UHGV virus genome: UHGV-1367777
Direction: 5' to 3' (one strand)
DNA from: a virus
DNA length: 44,172 bases
In this document: piece after piece, positions 18,555 through 27,376 of the stretch
Numbering within the stretch: the stretch's first letter is position 1
How the letters are laid out: every line of letters starts with the position of its first letter
Made by a program: the position numbers and the translations under genes
Notes under the pieces: model-generated
Seen by the model: only the letters and a program-made list of their open reading frames with translations
What the model was told of the DNA's origin: nothing
Database searches by the model: none

Positions 18555-18977
18555 TTAACCGCAAAAACTATACATCATCGTGATCGGGTAGCGCGATGCG
18601 TCTGTGTCTTCCAGCAGGCCAGCGCTATACGGCGGGTCGGTCAGGACCATAGGGATGTTGCCGATACGAATCGACGTCCACTCAGGGGCCAGTAAGATCT
18701 GGTCCACGAATTCGTCGAAGGCCTCAGTCCCCAGGCCGGAAGGCACGACGACTGAAAGCTGGTACACCCCAGTATAAAGCCGCCCGGTCTGCTGCATGCC
18801 GACGAAGGCCGTGGGCGCGGGCAGAAGGAAGGGCGCGACATACAGCACACCCGGCTCCGTGTGGTCGCTCAACACGTTCTCCCAATCCACCCGCACGGTC
18901 ATCCCGGCGGGCGGCACTACGCGCGCCAGCACGGTTTCAAGCGCCGCGCTGAACGCTTTTCGAATGTCTTTAATCAT
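18555..18977 (-). CDS. tail completion/terminator-like protein
   Basis: Its position directly upstream of the major tail gene is that of the lambda gpU / HK97 gp11-12 class. Confidence 0.4.
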   Translation of the reverse strand: MIKDIRKAFSAALETVLARVVPPAGMTVRVDWENVLSDHTEPGVLYVAPFLLPAPTAFVGMQQTGRLYTGVYQLSVVVPSGLGTEAFDEFVDQILLAPEWTSIRIGNIPMVLTDPPYSAGLLEDTDASRYPITMMYSFCG

Positions 18978-19567
18978 GATACTCGTCCTTTAAGTTCGGC
19001 AACCACTACACGAACAATACCCGCCGGGGCCTGCTGGGACCAGCCGTATTCAAGTCGGCGCGCATACGGCACATTGTTGGTGAAGTAAATCGCGGTGTTC
19101 TTCTCCGGGTCGAACGCCTCCAAAACCGCTCGCCCCGCCGCCAGGGTCGCCGATCCGGTCTTGTCGATCCGGTCAATAGCCCGGTCCGCCGGGTTGTCAA
19201 AAGTAACCTGCCAGTTACCACGGAAACGACCTCCAGTATAGTTCTTTGCCGCCCAACCACGTTGCCGGAAAGTTACCGCGCCTTTCTTCGTGGTGAAGTT
19301 AATCAACACGCTAGGCTTTTTCTTTTGGCCTGGCTTCAGCCTGCCGCCGTTCTTCGCGCGCTGGGCCGCATTCACCCGCGAGGCATGAGCGCTCGCCATT
19401 GCGAACGCCCGGTTAATCTTCCAGCGCTTCGGATCGCCCACCGGGGACAGCTCAATAATGCGCCCAAGGATCTGCATGCCGATAGCTCGAACGGCCTGTT
19501 CCTGGTTTCCCTTCTGCGCTTCCACCCACGACCGGACAGACGCTTCGAAAGAGTTTTGGCCCTCCAT
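18974..19567 (-). CDS. HK97 gp10-like head-tail joining protein
   Basis: An ILGRIIELSPVG motif and the gene's position point to the HK97 gp10 family. Confidence 0.5.
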   Translation of the reverse strand: MEGQNSFEASVRSWVEAQKGNQEQAVRAIGMQILGRIIELSPVGDPKRWKINRAFAMASAHASRVNAAQRAKNGGRLKPGQKKKPSVLINFTTKKGAVTFRQRGWAAKNYTGGRFRGNWQVTFDNPADRAIDRIDKTGSATLAAGRAVLEAFDPEKNTAIYFTNNVPYARRLEYGWSQQAPAGIVRVVVAELKGRVS

Positions 19568-19568
19568 A

Positions 19569-19916
19569 TCAACCCCTTAACTGGATTTCAAAGAGTAATG
19601 ACATCCCGGCGGGCGCTAACGGGTACGCGTTGACCACCCGTTTACCCCCGCGTACGTCCAGGATATCCCCCACGGCAACGGCCGGATCTGCCTTCGCTAA
19701 AAACTTCATGTCCCCTACCAGCACCCGCGATCCGTCGATCTCATGCGCCTTGTACTCGGTCAGCACTCCGACAATCTGGAAAGACGATTCCGGGGTGATA
19801 ACCTCGTTGCCGTTGATGCGCTCGACGCCACCCGGACGGCGAACCGTTACTGGCGCGCCGAAGTTCGTGATCAGCTTGTTCGCCGTCTTCAATAATTTCG
19901 AATAGTTGAACGCCAT
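19569..19916 (-). CDS. head-tail adaptor protein
   Basis: Position and size (115 aa). Confidence 0.4.
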   Translation of the reverse strand: MAFNYSKLLKTANKLITNFGAPVTVRRPGGVERINGNEVITPESSFQIVGVLTEYKAHEIDGSRVLVGDMKFLAKADPAVAVGDILDVRGGKRVVNAYPLAPAGMSLLFEIQLRG

Positions 19917-20311
19917 TACTCGGCCTCGCTAATTGTCACGGTCGCCACACGGCTATACGCCACCTTAGACGTAGACCCTTCGATATAGTTAATCACCTCG
20001 GCGAGGAACGACCGGGTCCCTGCGGTTGTGGTGGCTGCGGACGTCCAGGACAACTCACCCTCATGAGAATCAATTCGCACGGGCGATCCAGATGTCGTTT
20101 CATACCAGGTGATCGTCCTGGTTGACTCTAATTCGGCGTCATTCAGGATATTGATAGCCATACCGAACGTCTCGCCGACAGTGATCGCCGCGTCTGCGGG
20201 AAGCGCCGGATCAAGTAGAGGGGTCACAGTCTCCGGCGGGTTAGATTTTTCCCGGCTCTGTGAGGCGATAAGCGCCACCGACAGCGGGAGGTTTCCCGGA
20301 ATGAAAACCAT
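19916..20311 (-). CDS. head completion/connector-associated protein
   Basis: Position only. Confidence 0.35.
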   Translation of the reverse strand: MVFIPGNLPLSVALIASQSREKSNPPETVTPLLDPALPADAAITVGETFGMAINILNDAELESTRTITWYETTSGSPVRIDSHEGELSWTSAATTTAGTRSFLAEVINYIEGSTSKVAYSRVATVTISEAE

Positions 20312-20313
20312 AA

Positions 20314-20814
20314 TTACCCCCTGAACACGTCAACGTTACAACCGGACATCCCATCGTCCAGCAGGAATGCGCCTAGAAGGAAATCCCACCATTGGAAACC
20401 AACTTCTGCCCCTACGGTCGATTCGGCATACTCCACGGTGATAGGGCCTACCGTTTCGCGAGTGGTCGCCGCCTGTCCGCCCGTCGGCATCAAATCAGTA
20501 TCTACCGCCGCCATACCAAGCTGGTATACCGCGTTGATGACCGCACGAGGGGTAACGGGCGTAAGCTCATCGATCCAGGTCCCTTTATCAATTGCGACGA
20601 TAGAACCGTCTGGGTAGACGAAAGCCCCGCCTGGCGAGGTGAAGTTGATACGCGGCCAGGAATCTTCCAGCACCGGGTCTGCAAGGTCGCCGATCCACGG
20701 CTGGATGTTCAGATAATCAGTTGCCGATTGAAGCAACATTGGCGCTTCGGCCGGGTCAATGATGACGCCGCGCTGCCCGGCGAAGGCAATAAAATCCGTA
20801 GTGTTACCGATCAT
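20314..20814 (-). CDS. head-tail connector (gp6-like) protein
   Basis: It is the first gene downstream of the terminator that follows the capsid gene. Confidence 0.4.
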   Translation of the reverse strand: MIGNTTDFIAFAGQRGVIIDPAEAPMLLQSATDYLNIQPWIGDLADPVLEDSWPRINFTSPGGAFVYPDGSIVAIDKGTWIDELTPVTPRAVINAVYQLGMAAVDTDLMPTGGQAATTRETVGPITVEYAESTVGAEVGFQWWDFLLGAFLLDDGMSGCNVDVFRG

Positions 20815-20823
20815 AATATCATC

Positions 20824-20852
20824 CTACAAAAAAGGCGGCCGAAGCCGCCTGA
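20824..20852 (-). terminator. rho-independent terminator after the major capsid gene
   Basis: GGCGGCcgaaGCCGCC stem followed by a T-run on the minus strand. Confidence 0.65.
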
Positions 20853-20868
20853 TTTACACTACGCCTGC

Positions 20869-21978
20869 TTACGCTGCGGTAGCCGTGGTTGGGGTAAGCG
20901 TAACCAGTACGCCCGCCGTCTCTTTGATATGGCGAGTCGGAACCGCCTGAGCCGCCTGGCGTTTACGCTTACCGTTCACCGCCGGGGTGCCGTCAGCTTC
21001 GGCCACGTCGTGAATGGTGTATGGCGCGTTATCTACCTGGCCCTGGTCAAGCTGCCAGTTGGCCGCAGTGGTCAGATCAGCCAGGGTTACAGAGCGAACG
21101 CCTTCAACCTGCTCGCGGAATGCCGCAGTGGTGCGGTAGCCTTTGACCGCCACGTTATAGTCAAACTCACCCTGCCACCAACGCTCGATGTTCTCGCCGC
21201 CGCCTTTTTCCTGCGCCAGCATGTCCAGGCCGTTGGTAGTAACGGCAACCGCACCCGGAACAAGGCCCAGCATTTTACCGGAGCCCATAGCCGCGCCCGC
21301 TGCATCGGAAATTACGAATCGGCGGCCCAGGCCGTCACCCATAACTTGCAGATCGCCGATCGCGAATACCTGCTCTGCGGAAGGGATTGCCTGGTAAGCG
21401 ATGAACTCCGCCCAGGTAACGCCATCCATGAACCAGGATTTAATCAGGCCTGCCTGGTCGCCGAACTTAGACGCGGCCAGTGGGAAGTCTGCCAGGGTCG
21501 GATAAGTACGGCCACCAACACCGTCAACGCGGGCAGGCTGGGTGTAGTTTGCTGCGGCGTTGGTGCCGATTGCGGTTGCGCCTGCGCCGATACCAGATTG
21601 CAGGTAGCGCAAAAGGATCGCCTGGGTAGCTTGCGCTGCGATCTCTGCGGCAACGTTGCCGACGTTGGTTTCGATTTTAGCCATCATCGCTTTAGTGATT
21701 GCGACCGGGCCGACTTTCGCGGACACGTTTACGGAGTTGGTCAGCATGCGCGCCAGGACTTTCGCTTCTGCTGGAGAGCCGACAGGCGCGTAAGCGTTAC
21801 GGTCAGTGACCAGGTTGGCGATCAAGCCGACGGACATCTGTTCGATAACGTCCTTCAACACTTCGCCAGTACCAACCACAAGGGCACCATTCGACGCGGC
21901 GTTGAAAACGTTCAGGTTATCCGGGATCATCTGCTGGACGGCAGTGACCAGTTTTTTCTGGAATACGGTTAAAGACAT
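20869..21978 (-). CDS. major capsid protein
   Basis: 369 aa. It lies directly downstream of the scaffold gene and is followed by a strong terminator. Gly/Ala-rich. Confidence 0.75.
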   Translation of the reverse strand: MSLTVFQKKLVTAVQQMIPDNLNVFNAASNGALVVGTGEVLKDVIEQMSVGLIANLVTDRNAYAPVGSPAEAKVLARMLTNSVNVSAKVGPVAITKAMMAKIETNVGNVAAEIAAQATQAILLRYLQSGIGAGATAIGTNAAANYTQPARVDGVGGRTYPTLADFPLAASKFGDQAGLIKSWFMDGVTWAEFIAYQAIPSAEQVFAIGDLQVMGDGLGRRFVISDAAGAAMGSGKMLGLVPGAVAVTTNGLDMLAQEKGGGENIERWWQGEFDYNVAVKGYRTTAAFREQVEGVRSVTLADLTTAANWQLDQGQVDNAPYTIHDVAEADGTPAVNGKRKRQAAQAVPTRHIKETAGVLVTLTPTTATAA

Positions 21979-22071
21979 TTGATTTATCCCTTAAGGTTGA
22001 AGTCTCAACGCAAATGATACATTTATTTTCGAATAGTGCAAAATTACCCGCGTCCATGCGGGTTTGTCCGA

Positions 22072-22776
22072 TTATTCGTCCGACGGCATCGCGTCGATGA
22101 TCTTCTTCGCCTGGTCCGTCAGTGAACTGGTGCCGAACGTGTGGGTCATGCTAATGCTGGGCTTACCACTATCCACGGGCTGCGGATTACCTTTAGGTAG
22201 ACCGCCGGACGGAGTGCCAGCCAGGAACGGGGCGAAGTCAGCATTCGCGCGAAACTCTTTGTCCAGGTCTTCCAGCGTCAGGGCAGACGGTTTGCCGTCT
22301 TTCAGGACACGAACCTTCAGCGCGCCGTCTTCGCCTTCTTCCAGGCTCAGGCGGTCTTCGATATGGCGCTGCATGATCGATGCCGATTTGCCGAACAGCT
22401 TAGAGGACAGGTCCTTCGCCGCGCTGCCGAGGGTCAGGGCGGTGATCTGCTTGTGGTAGCTTTCCAGTTTGCCTTTGTTCTGGTTATCGTATTCGGCAAA
22501 TTTCTGCTGCCACGATGCGTCCAGCGCTTCGATATCGCCGTTCTTACGTGCTGCTGCGTCGCGGGCCTCCCGCTCTGCTTTCTCTGCTGCCGTACGCTTT
22601 TCAGCTTCGGCGCGCTTTTCATCAACCAGTTTCTGGTTGTTGGCTTTCAGGCCGGACACTTCTTCTTCCACCTGCTCGGCGGTTTTGAAGGTAGGCGAAT
22701 AGCCGTCACCGTCGGCAACATACAGCGCCTTCAGTGCTTCCGGTAAATTCTCATATTGTTCTTTGGTCAGTTTCAT
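22072..22776 (-). CDS. capsid scaffolding protein
   Basis: Start at MKLTKEQ with an AGGAGG RBS. Highly charged coiled-coil AEKRxAAEKAEREARD repeats. Lies upstream of the major capsid gene. Confidence 0.7.
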   Translation of the reverse strand: MKLTKEQYENLPEALKALYVADGDGYSPTFKTAEQVEEEVSGLKANNQKLVDEKRAEAEKRTAAEKAEREARDAAARKNGDIEALDASWQQKFAEYDNQNKGKLESYHKQITALTLGSAAKDLSSKLFGKSASIMQRHIEDRLSLEEGEDGALKVRVLKDGKPSALTLEDLDKEFRANADFAPFLAGTPSGGLPKGNPQPVDSGKPSISMTHTFGTSSLTDQAKKIIDAMPSDE

Positions 22777-22863
22777 TGGTTCCCCTCCTGGGGTGATTAG
22801 CGTCGGGCCACCCTCCGCTTTCTCGACAGCCAGAATAGCAAGGCGGAAAAATAATTCAAAATT

Positions 22864-22912
22864 TAGCTTGCAACGCGTGATTGGTTGCATTAGTATTGGT
22901 TGCATCGAAACA
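22864..22912 (+). promoter_or_regulatory. promoter TTGCAA-N17-TAGTAT with two ATTGGTTGC copies
   Basis: Motif copies at about 22881 and 22896. Drives the + moron island. Confidence 0.5.
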
Positions 22913-22928
22913 CAACGGAGTTAAGACA

Positions 22929-23246
22929 ATGAGTGAAGCGCTGAAGAAGTTTTTATCTGAATGGCTGGAATGGGCTGAATCAGGAGCGCAAGGACATGAG
23001 GCCTTCGATCGCAGTTTCGGCCTGTGCGCTAACCTGGGATTTTGGCTTACAGAGAATATCCTGGATATCCCGTGGGAAGAAGCCGACACCGCAGAAAGGG
23101 AGTTCGGCCGTCTCCTGCATGACGAATTCGGCGATGAATACATGTACCCGTTTGGGCGTGTTGATTACCTTGTCCGGGGAAACAACGGTACTCAGCATTT
23201 AAACGAAGCGCGCCTGGCCTGGGCGCGCAAACAATTAGGAAAATGA
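22929..23246 (+). CDS. hypothetical protein (paralog of the C-terminal half of the 33891-34415 product)
   Basis: MSEALKKFLSEWLEWAESG...MYPFGRVDY...ARLAWARKQL aligns with LKQFLAEWLVWAETG...MYPFGKVAY...KRLAWVREML. Confidence 0.55.
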   Translation: MSEALKKFLSEWLEWAESGAQGHEAFDRSFGLCANLGFWLTENILDIPWEEADTAEREFGRLLHDEFGDEYMYPFGRVDYLVRGNNGTQHLNEARLAWARKQLGK

Positions 23247-23989
23247 GCATGAAACTGACAAACGAAATTCGTAATAAAATCCTGGCTAACATCGTTGCCG
23301 ATCACGCGGTCTCGGCCGAAGCGCGTACTGTTATCGACCGCTCACACGCCCTGGCTATGCAAGTTCTTAGCCTGGCGTACCCGAAAGGCGTAACGAACAA
23401 CGCCGAAATGGACGAGTGGTATCAAGCCGAGCGTAAGCGCACCGACACAGAGAGTATGTTAAGCACCAACTATTATCTGAACTACGTAACGGTGTACCGC
23501 GACCGAGACCGCAAAACGATCGGCATTCGCTCGGACAAGTTCGGCGTTAACGCAGGAGGACACGCCCGCGAACTGTTCCTAAGCGGAGATTACCACGATC
23601 AGGAAGGGCGTACGTTCGATGACTTTAGCCCGTGGATGGGTCCTATCGTGCCGGGCTACGCGTTGTCTAAGATGAAAGGCCTTCTCCAGTACGACGAGTC
23701 AGGCGCGTTGCAACGATTTTTCCTTCCGTACTCACGCGTGACTTTGAAGGGTCCAGCCCTCCTCGACGAGTTGGACGCGCTCGACCAAATGCGCCGTGAA
23801 GTGTGGGAGAAATACATCACGCTTCGGTCCGTAGTGTGGGCCACGCTGTCGAAATACAACTCAGACAGTAAACTGATCGAAGCCTGGCCGGAAGTGAAGC
23901 CGTTCATCCCGGCCGAGCAAAAGAAAACGGGCACGGCGGTAGCCCTCGATACCGCAACCTTAAACGCAATTTGTGGACTTCCTAAATGA
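23243..23989 (+). CDS. hypothetical protein (248 aa)
   Basis: ATGA-coupled to the upstream gene. No recognisable motif. Its 3' ~90 bp is tandemly duplicated downstream. Confidence 0.5.
   Translation: MSMKLTNEIRNKILANIVADHAVSAEARTVIDRSHALAMQVLSLAYPKGVTNNAEMDEWYQAERKRTDTESMLSTNYYLNYVTVYRDRDRKTIGIRSDKFGVNAGGHARELFLSGDYHDQEGRTFDDFSPWMGPIVPGYALSKMKGLLQYDESGALQRFFLPYSRVTLKGPALLDELDALDQMRREVWEKYITLRSVVWATLSKYNSDSKLIEAWPEVKPFIPAEQKKTGTAVALDTATLNAICGLPK
23885..23973. repeat. direct repeat copy 1 (~89 bp)
   Basis: Near-identical to 24022-24111: CTGGCCGGA(a/t)GTGAAGCCGTTCATCCCGGCCGAGCAAAAGAAAACGGGCACGGCGGT. Confidence 0.85.
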
Positions 23990-24288
23990 AAAAATTAGCA
24001 CTGGCGGTATTAGTCCTGGCCCTGGCCGGATGTGAAGCCGTTCATCCCGGCCGAGCAAAAGAAAACGGGCACGGCGGTGGCCCTAGATACCGCCACTTTA
24101 AACGCAATTTGGGGGTTACTAAAATGGTCGCGACAACAAAACACACGGCATCATTCGCCGAATGGTTCGAAGAGTACCGCAAATACTCACTATCACAGGG
24201 TATCGCGGCAAACTTCCCGGAAGAGTGGGAAGAAGATTATGAGGCGGGTAAAACGCCTGAACAAGCGTTTAAAGACGCGTGGGATTAA
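23986..24288 (+). CDS. lipoprotein (signal peptide MKKLALAVLVLALAGC) fused via the duplicated segment to a 54-aa C-terminal module
   Basis: Textbook lipobox. After the signal, the ORF reads through repeat copy 2 in an alternative frame into MVATTKHTASF..., which has its own possible start near 24125. Confidence 0.45.
   Translation: MKKLALAVLVLALAGCEAVHPGRAKENGHGGGPRYRHFKRNLGVTKMVATTKHTASFAEWFEEYRKYSLSQGIAANFPEEWEEDYEAGKTPEQAFKDAWD
24022..24111. repeat. direct repeat copy 2 (~90 bp)
   Basis: See copy 1. Confidence 0.85.
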
Positions 24289-24291
24289 ACG

Positions 24292-24322
24292 AAAAAGCCC
24301 GGCTATTGCCGGGCTGCTTTTA
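24292..24322. terminator. bidirectional terminator AAAAAGCCCGGCtattGCCGGGCTGCTTTT
   Basis: Sits between the convergent + moron island and the - spanin genes. Confidence 0.6.
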
Positions 24323-24560
24323 TCTCGTCCTGAAGCTCATAGACCTGCTGCCTCAACCGCCTACCACAATCCATGTTCTGCACGTCAATCATCAAATCAG
24401 CGTCCGGATCGGCAACCGGATCGGCGAACTTGCACGGCTCAGTTGTCATAGCCTTCGATAGTGTTGGCATTGGCCACGGCGCGCTGTTTGAGTTGCACCC
24501 GGTCAGTGCTGAAATTACACTTAGCATCAGTGCCAGTTTTAATGTACTTGACCACGTCAC
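24303..24560 (-). CDS. Rz1: o-spanin (Rz1-like outer-membrane lipoprotein)
   Basis: Lipobox ALTGC, Pro-rich, and overlapping the 3' end of Rz in another frame. Confidence 0.6.
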   Translation of the reverse strand: MTWSSTLKLALMLSVISALTGCNSNSAPWPMPTLSKAMTTEPCKFADPVADPDADLMIDVQNMDCGRRLRQQVYELQDEIKAARQ

Positions 24561-24774
24561 GATAAATCACCTCTGTTTTCTGTTCGCCCGCCGCGTCTGC
24601 TCGTGCGGCCTTCTCTGTGTTCTTCGCCTGCTGCCGTTGGAGTTTGGCCTGGCGGTCCTGGTAGTCACGGTTAACCTTCGCGCTGTGCGCGTCCCATCCC
24701 TGGCGATACCCGGTCTCCAGCAACCCCGCCATAACTACCAGCACGGCCAGGGTGCAAACAATGTATTTAATCAC
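24439..24774 (-). CDS. Rz: i-spanin (Rz-like)
   Basis: N-terminal TM anchor MIKYIVCTLAVLVVMAGLL followed by a charged coiled-coil periplasmic domain. The Rz1 ORF is embedded at its 3' end. Confidence 0.6.
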   Translation of the reverse strand: MIKYIVCTLAVLVVMAGLLETGYRQGWDAHSAKVNRDYQDRQAKLQRQQAKNTEKAARADAAGEQKTEVIYRDVVKYIKTGTDAKCNFSTDRVQLKQRAVANANTIEGYDN

Positions 24775-25870
24775 GCCATAACCCCTTATCTTTCATCTGC
24801 TGAATGGTCATCATTTCGCCCTTGTCGGTGAACATCGTCGGCACCTGGACGCCACGTAAAATCTGATCCGCCCGCTGGATGCCGTAAAGCTGCTCCAGTA
24901 CGAACCGGGGCTGGCGCTGCACCCACGAGAAGAAGTCAGTCTGTGCGCTCACCTGCTCGCTAAACAGGCCAGATTCTGTCTGCTTCAGCGCAGGGCGCTT
25001 GCCCTTCGGCCAATCTTCCATCCCTTTCACCACCCAGGTTTCGGTCGAGCGGCAGCAGTAGTGCAGTTTGCCCGGCCCCGCACCGTACTGCGAACCAGGG
25101 ACGGACTTCTTGCCTCGCACCCCCAGGGACTGCGCCGTCACCTTCATAGGGTATTTCAGGCGGTCCCGTAGCTGGCACATTGGCGAAGTGTGCGTGTCCA
25201 GGGTGGACAGCCACTGGCGCGCTTCCAGGATATCGTCGTTTGCCTTCACCATCATTTCGCGCGCCGTCGCCGCGTAGTGGTTAACAGCACTCACCACAAC
25301 CGACCGGATACCCTGGGCGTTACGGCCGCCGAGCATGTTGCGCACGTCGCGCACGATGTCCTGTGTCGGCTTGCCCTGGAGGAACCCGGCTCGGGTCTGG
25401 TTGCCGATCATGGTTTTGGTCCATTCAGTCAGGGAGTCAGGCCACGTAACCATGGTGTTCCCCTGAAACGGATTCGTCATCGCAGTCGCGGCCACCTGCG
25501 CGCCTGTTACGGCAACAACCACACCCGTAGCCGGGACCGCCAGGGCGGGCTGAATGGCGGTTGAAATGGTGTCGTGCAGGAAGTCCGCTTCGGATTCGCT
25601 AAACTCTGCCATGACCTCGGCCAGCACTTTAAATTCATCCTTCAGCGCCGTGCGGATAGTGCGATCCAGCGAACGTAAAAGGGCCTCCATGCCCTTTGGT
25701 GTGATGGTCGATTTGCCGTCGATTAGCTCGCTCAGTTTGCCCGTGATGGATGGGCGCACCCGCTCCCACATCTTAAGAATTTTCTTAGCCTGGGTGTTAC
25801 CAAGGCGCTGGGTCATGATGTGACGGCGGACCATTCGGTCCGCGATCACCAGGTTACTGTTCTTCGGCAT
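24767..25870 (-). CDS. minor head morphogenesis protein (Mu gpF / SPP1 gp7-like)
   Basis: It sits immediately downstream of the portal gene, and its size (367 aa) and overall composition fit the family. Confidence 0.6.
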   Translation of the reverse strand: MPKNSNLVIADRMVRRHIMTQRLGNTQAKKILKMWERVRPSITGKLSELIDGKSTITPKGMEALLRSLDRTIRTALKDEFKVLAEVMAEFSESEADFLHDTISTAIQPALAVPATGVVVAVTGAQVAATAMTNPFQGNTMVTWPDSLTEWTKTMIGNQTRAGFLQGKPTQDIVRDVRNMLGGRNAQGIRSVVVSAVNHYAATAREMMVKANDDILEARQWLSTLDTHTSPMCQLRDRLKYPMKVTAQSLGVRGKKSVPGSQYGAGPGKLHYCCRSTETWVVKGMEDWPKGKRPALKQTESGLFSEQVSAQTDFFSWVQRQPRFVLEQLYGIQRADQILRGVQVPTMFTDKGEMMTIQQMKDKGLWRD

Positions 25871-27365
25871 TGTTCTGGTCTTCCGCGTTCGGGTCCGGTT
25901 CTGGTTGCGTCATAGTAGGCAATGGCTCTTGATTACGCAATTCCGTTTCAACCTGCTCGACGGATTCAGAGTCGTCGACGATACCCTGGCCCATAAGCCA
26001 CTTGATGAAGTCGGCCAGGCGGATGGTGCCGAGTTGCACACCGGACATCATTGCCGTGAACAAGGCCGGATCGAGGTTCGGCGCGGCGTACACTTTGTTA
26101 ATCACCACCGTGGATTCGTCCGCACCGCCAATGTAGGACTGCGCGATGGTAAGCGCCCGGTTGAACGCCGATTCAACGTTCCCGGCAACCAGGGCCAGAA
26201 TGCTGTTATCGGTCTGCGCATCAAAGTTCGCTTCGGTTGCCGTCTTCGGTGCCGTTCCCTTCTCGACCAGCGCCGCGCCAAGTTTAGCCATTTGCTGTTC
26301 ACGGCGCTCGCACAGGTTGAGCGACAGATTGCGCTCTTCCGCCTGGATTAGTTTTGCATCCATGTTCTGGCCAAGCAGGAGGCCTTTGGTAGCGCCCAGG
26401 CCAATGCCGCCTTTCATGTTCTTGTCGACCCAGGCCTGGGTCAGCCCAGACGCAACCAGGGTAGGCTGGCCGACGATGTGGGCGATTTCCGCCAGGTCAG
26501 CCTCGGCAACATAGTGCTTAATGTTAATCTGCGCGATGTCGCCCATCGGGGCCACGTCCGGCGACGCGTTGTTATCCGTCGCGCCACACCAGCAGAATGG
26601 CAAATCGGACATCTGCTTTCCGGTGAAGTCGACGATAGGGACTAATTCGGTTTTCGACATCCCGCGCGGCAGATCGGTGTTCACGTCCTGGGCTTGCGTA
26701 TTGTAGTACCACTTACGGGCAAACGCCTTGCCGTTAACGATGCGTAACTCAGTCCATACCGTCACTTCGTTAATCGCGAAGTCGTCCGTTTCGTTGGTGG
26801 TCAGGTCGGTTAACTCCTTCAGCACGATCAGCGTGTCCTTGCCGTTCGAGGCGCGCCAGTTGATGATCTGGTCCGCACAATACCACTTAACCGTCGGGCG
26901 GTTCTGGGCCATTTCCGCTGCCGTCTGAGGGATGACCACGCCGTTTTCATCGAACGCGGCCTGGCGGCTGTAGTCGATCAGGAATCCACCACGGCCAGAT
27001 TGCAGGACTTCAGACAGCGCCCCGCGCAATACCTGGGTTAGTGGTGTGCCTTCGCCGTCGCAATTGTCCTGAAGCATCGCCAGGGACGACTTCAGGTTAA
27101 TCGCAACGGGTTTAGCGAAGGCGACACCCAGCATAGCGTTCAGGGTGCGGGCGGTGGCGTTCAGGAACACCGCGCGCTGCTTATACGCCCGGTAGCGCTT
27201 CACTTCCTTCGCGTCGTTCGGGTCGTATGATGACGGGTGCGGAAGATAGCGAGGCCCGGCAGCTTTCACCGCCCGCTCGCCTGCTACGCAATCGCGGATT
27301 GTTCGCCACTCTGGGGCGTTCAGCGCGTAAAGCGGGTTTTGTGTGTCGACGTTCACATTTCCCAT
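25854..27365 (-). CDS. portal protein
   Basis: 503 aa, between TerL and the head morphogenesis gene, with an acidic C-terminus. Confidence 0.75.
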   Translation of the reverse strand: MGNVNVDTQNPLYALNAPEWRTIRDCVAGERAVKAAGPRYLPHPSSYDPNDAKEVKRYRAYKQRAVFLNATARTLNAMLGVAFAKPVAINLKSSLAMLQDNCDGEGTPLTQVLRGALSEVLQSGRGGFLIDYSRQAAFDENGVVIPQTAAEMAQNRPTVKWYCADQIINWRASNGKDTLIVLKELTDLTTNETDDFAINEVTVWTELRIVNGKAFARKWYYNTQAQDVNTDLPRGMSKTELVPIVDFTGKQMSDLPFCWCGATDNNASPDVAPMGDIAQINIKHYVAEADLAEIAHIVGQPTLVASGLTQAWVDKNMKGGIGLGATKGLLLGQNMDAKLIQAEERNLSLNLCERREQQMAKLGAALVEKGTAPKTATEANFDAQTDNSILALVAGNVESAFNRALTIAQSYIGGADESTVVINKVYAAPNLDPALFTAMMSGVQLGTIRLADFIKWLMGQGIVDDSESVEQVETELRNQEPLPTMTQPEPDPNAEDQNNAEEQ

Positions 27366-27376
27366 CTAAAAGGTCC

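Noticed and set aside
20392-21972. 526-aa + strand ORF
   Set aside because: Antisense to the major capsid and connector genes, Arg/Gly-rich, with no RBS. Spurious.
22049-22068. Hairpin ACCCGCgtccatGCGGGT between the scaffold and capsid genes as a terminator
   Set aside because: Short stem and weak T-run. A terminator here would cut capsid gene expression. More likely an RNA structure or a chance inverted repeat.
24032-24451. 139-aa + ORF starting MKPFIPAEQKK
   Set aside because: Created by duplicated repeat copy 2 read in the original frame. Runs through the terminator and into antisense Rz1. Unlikely to be a gene.
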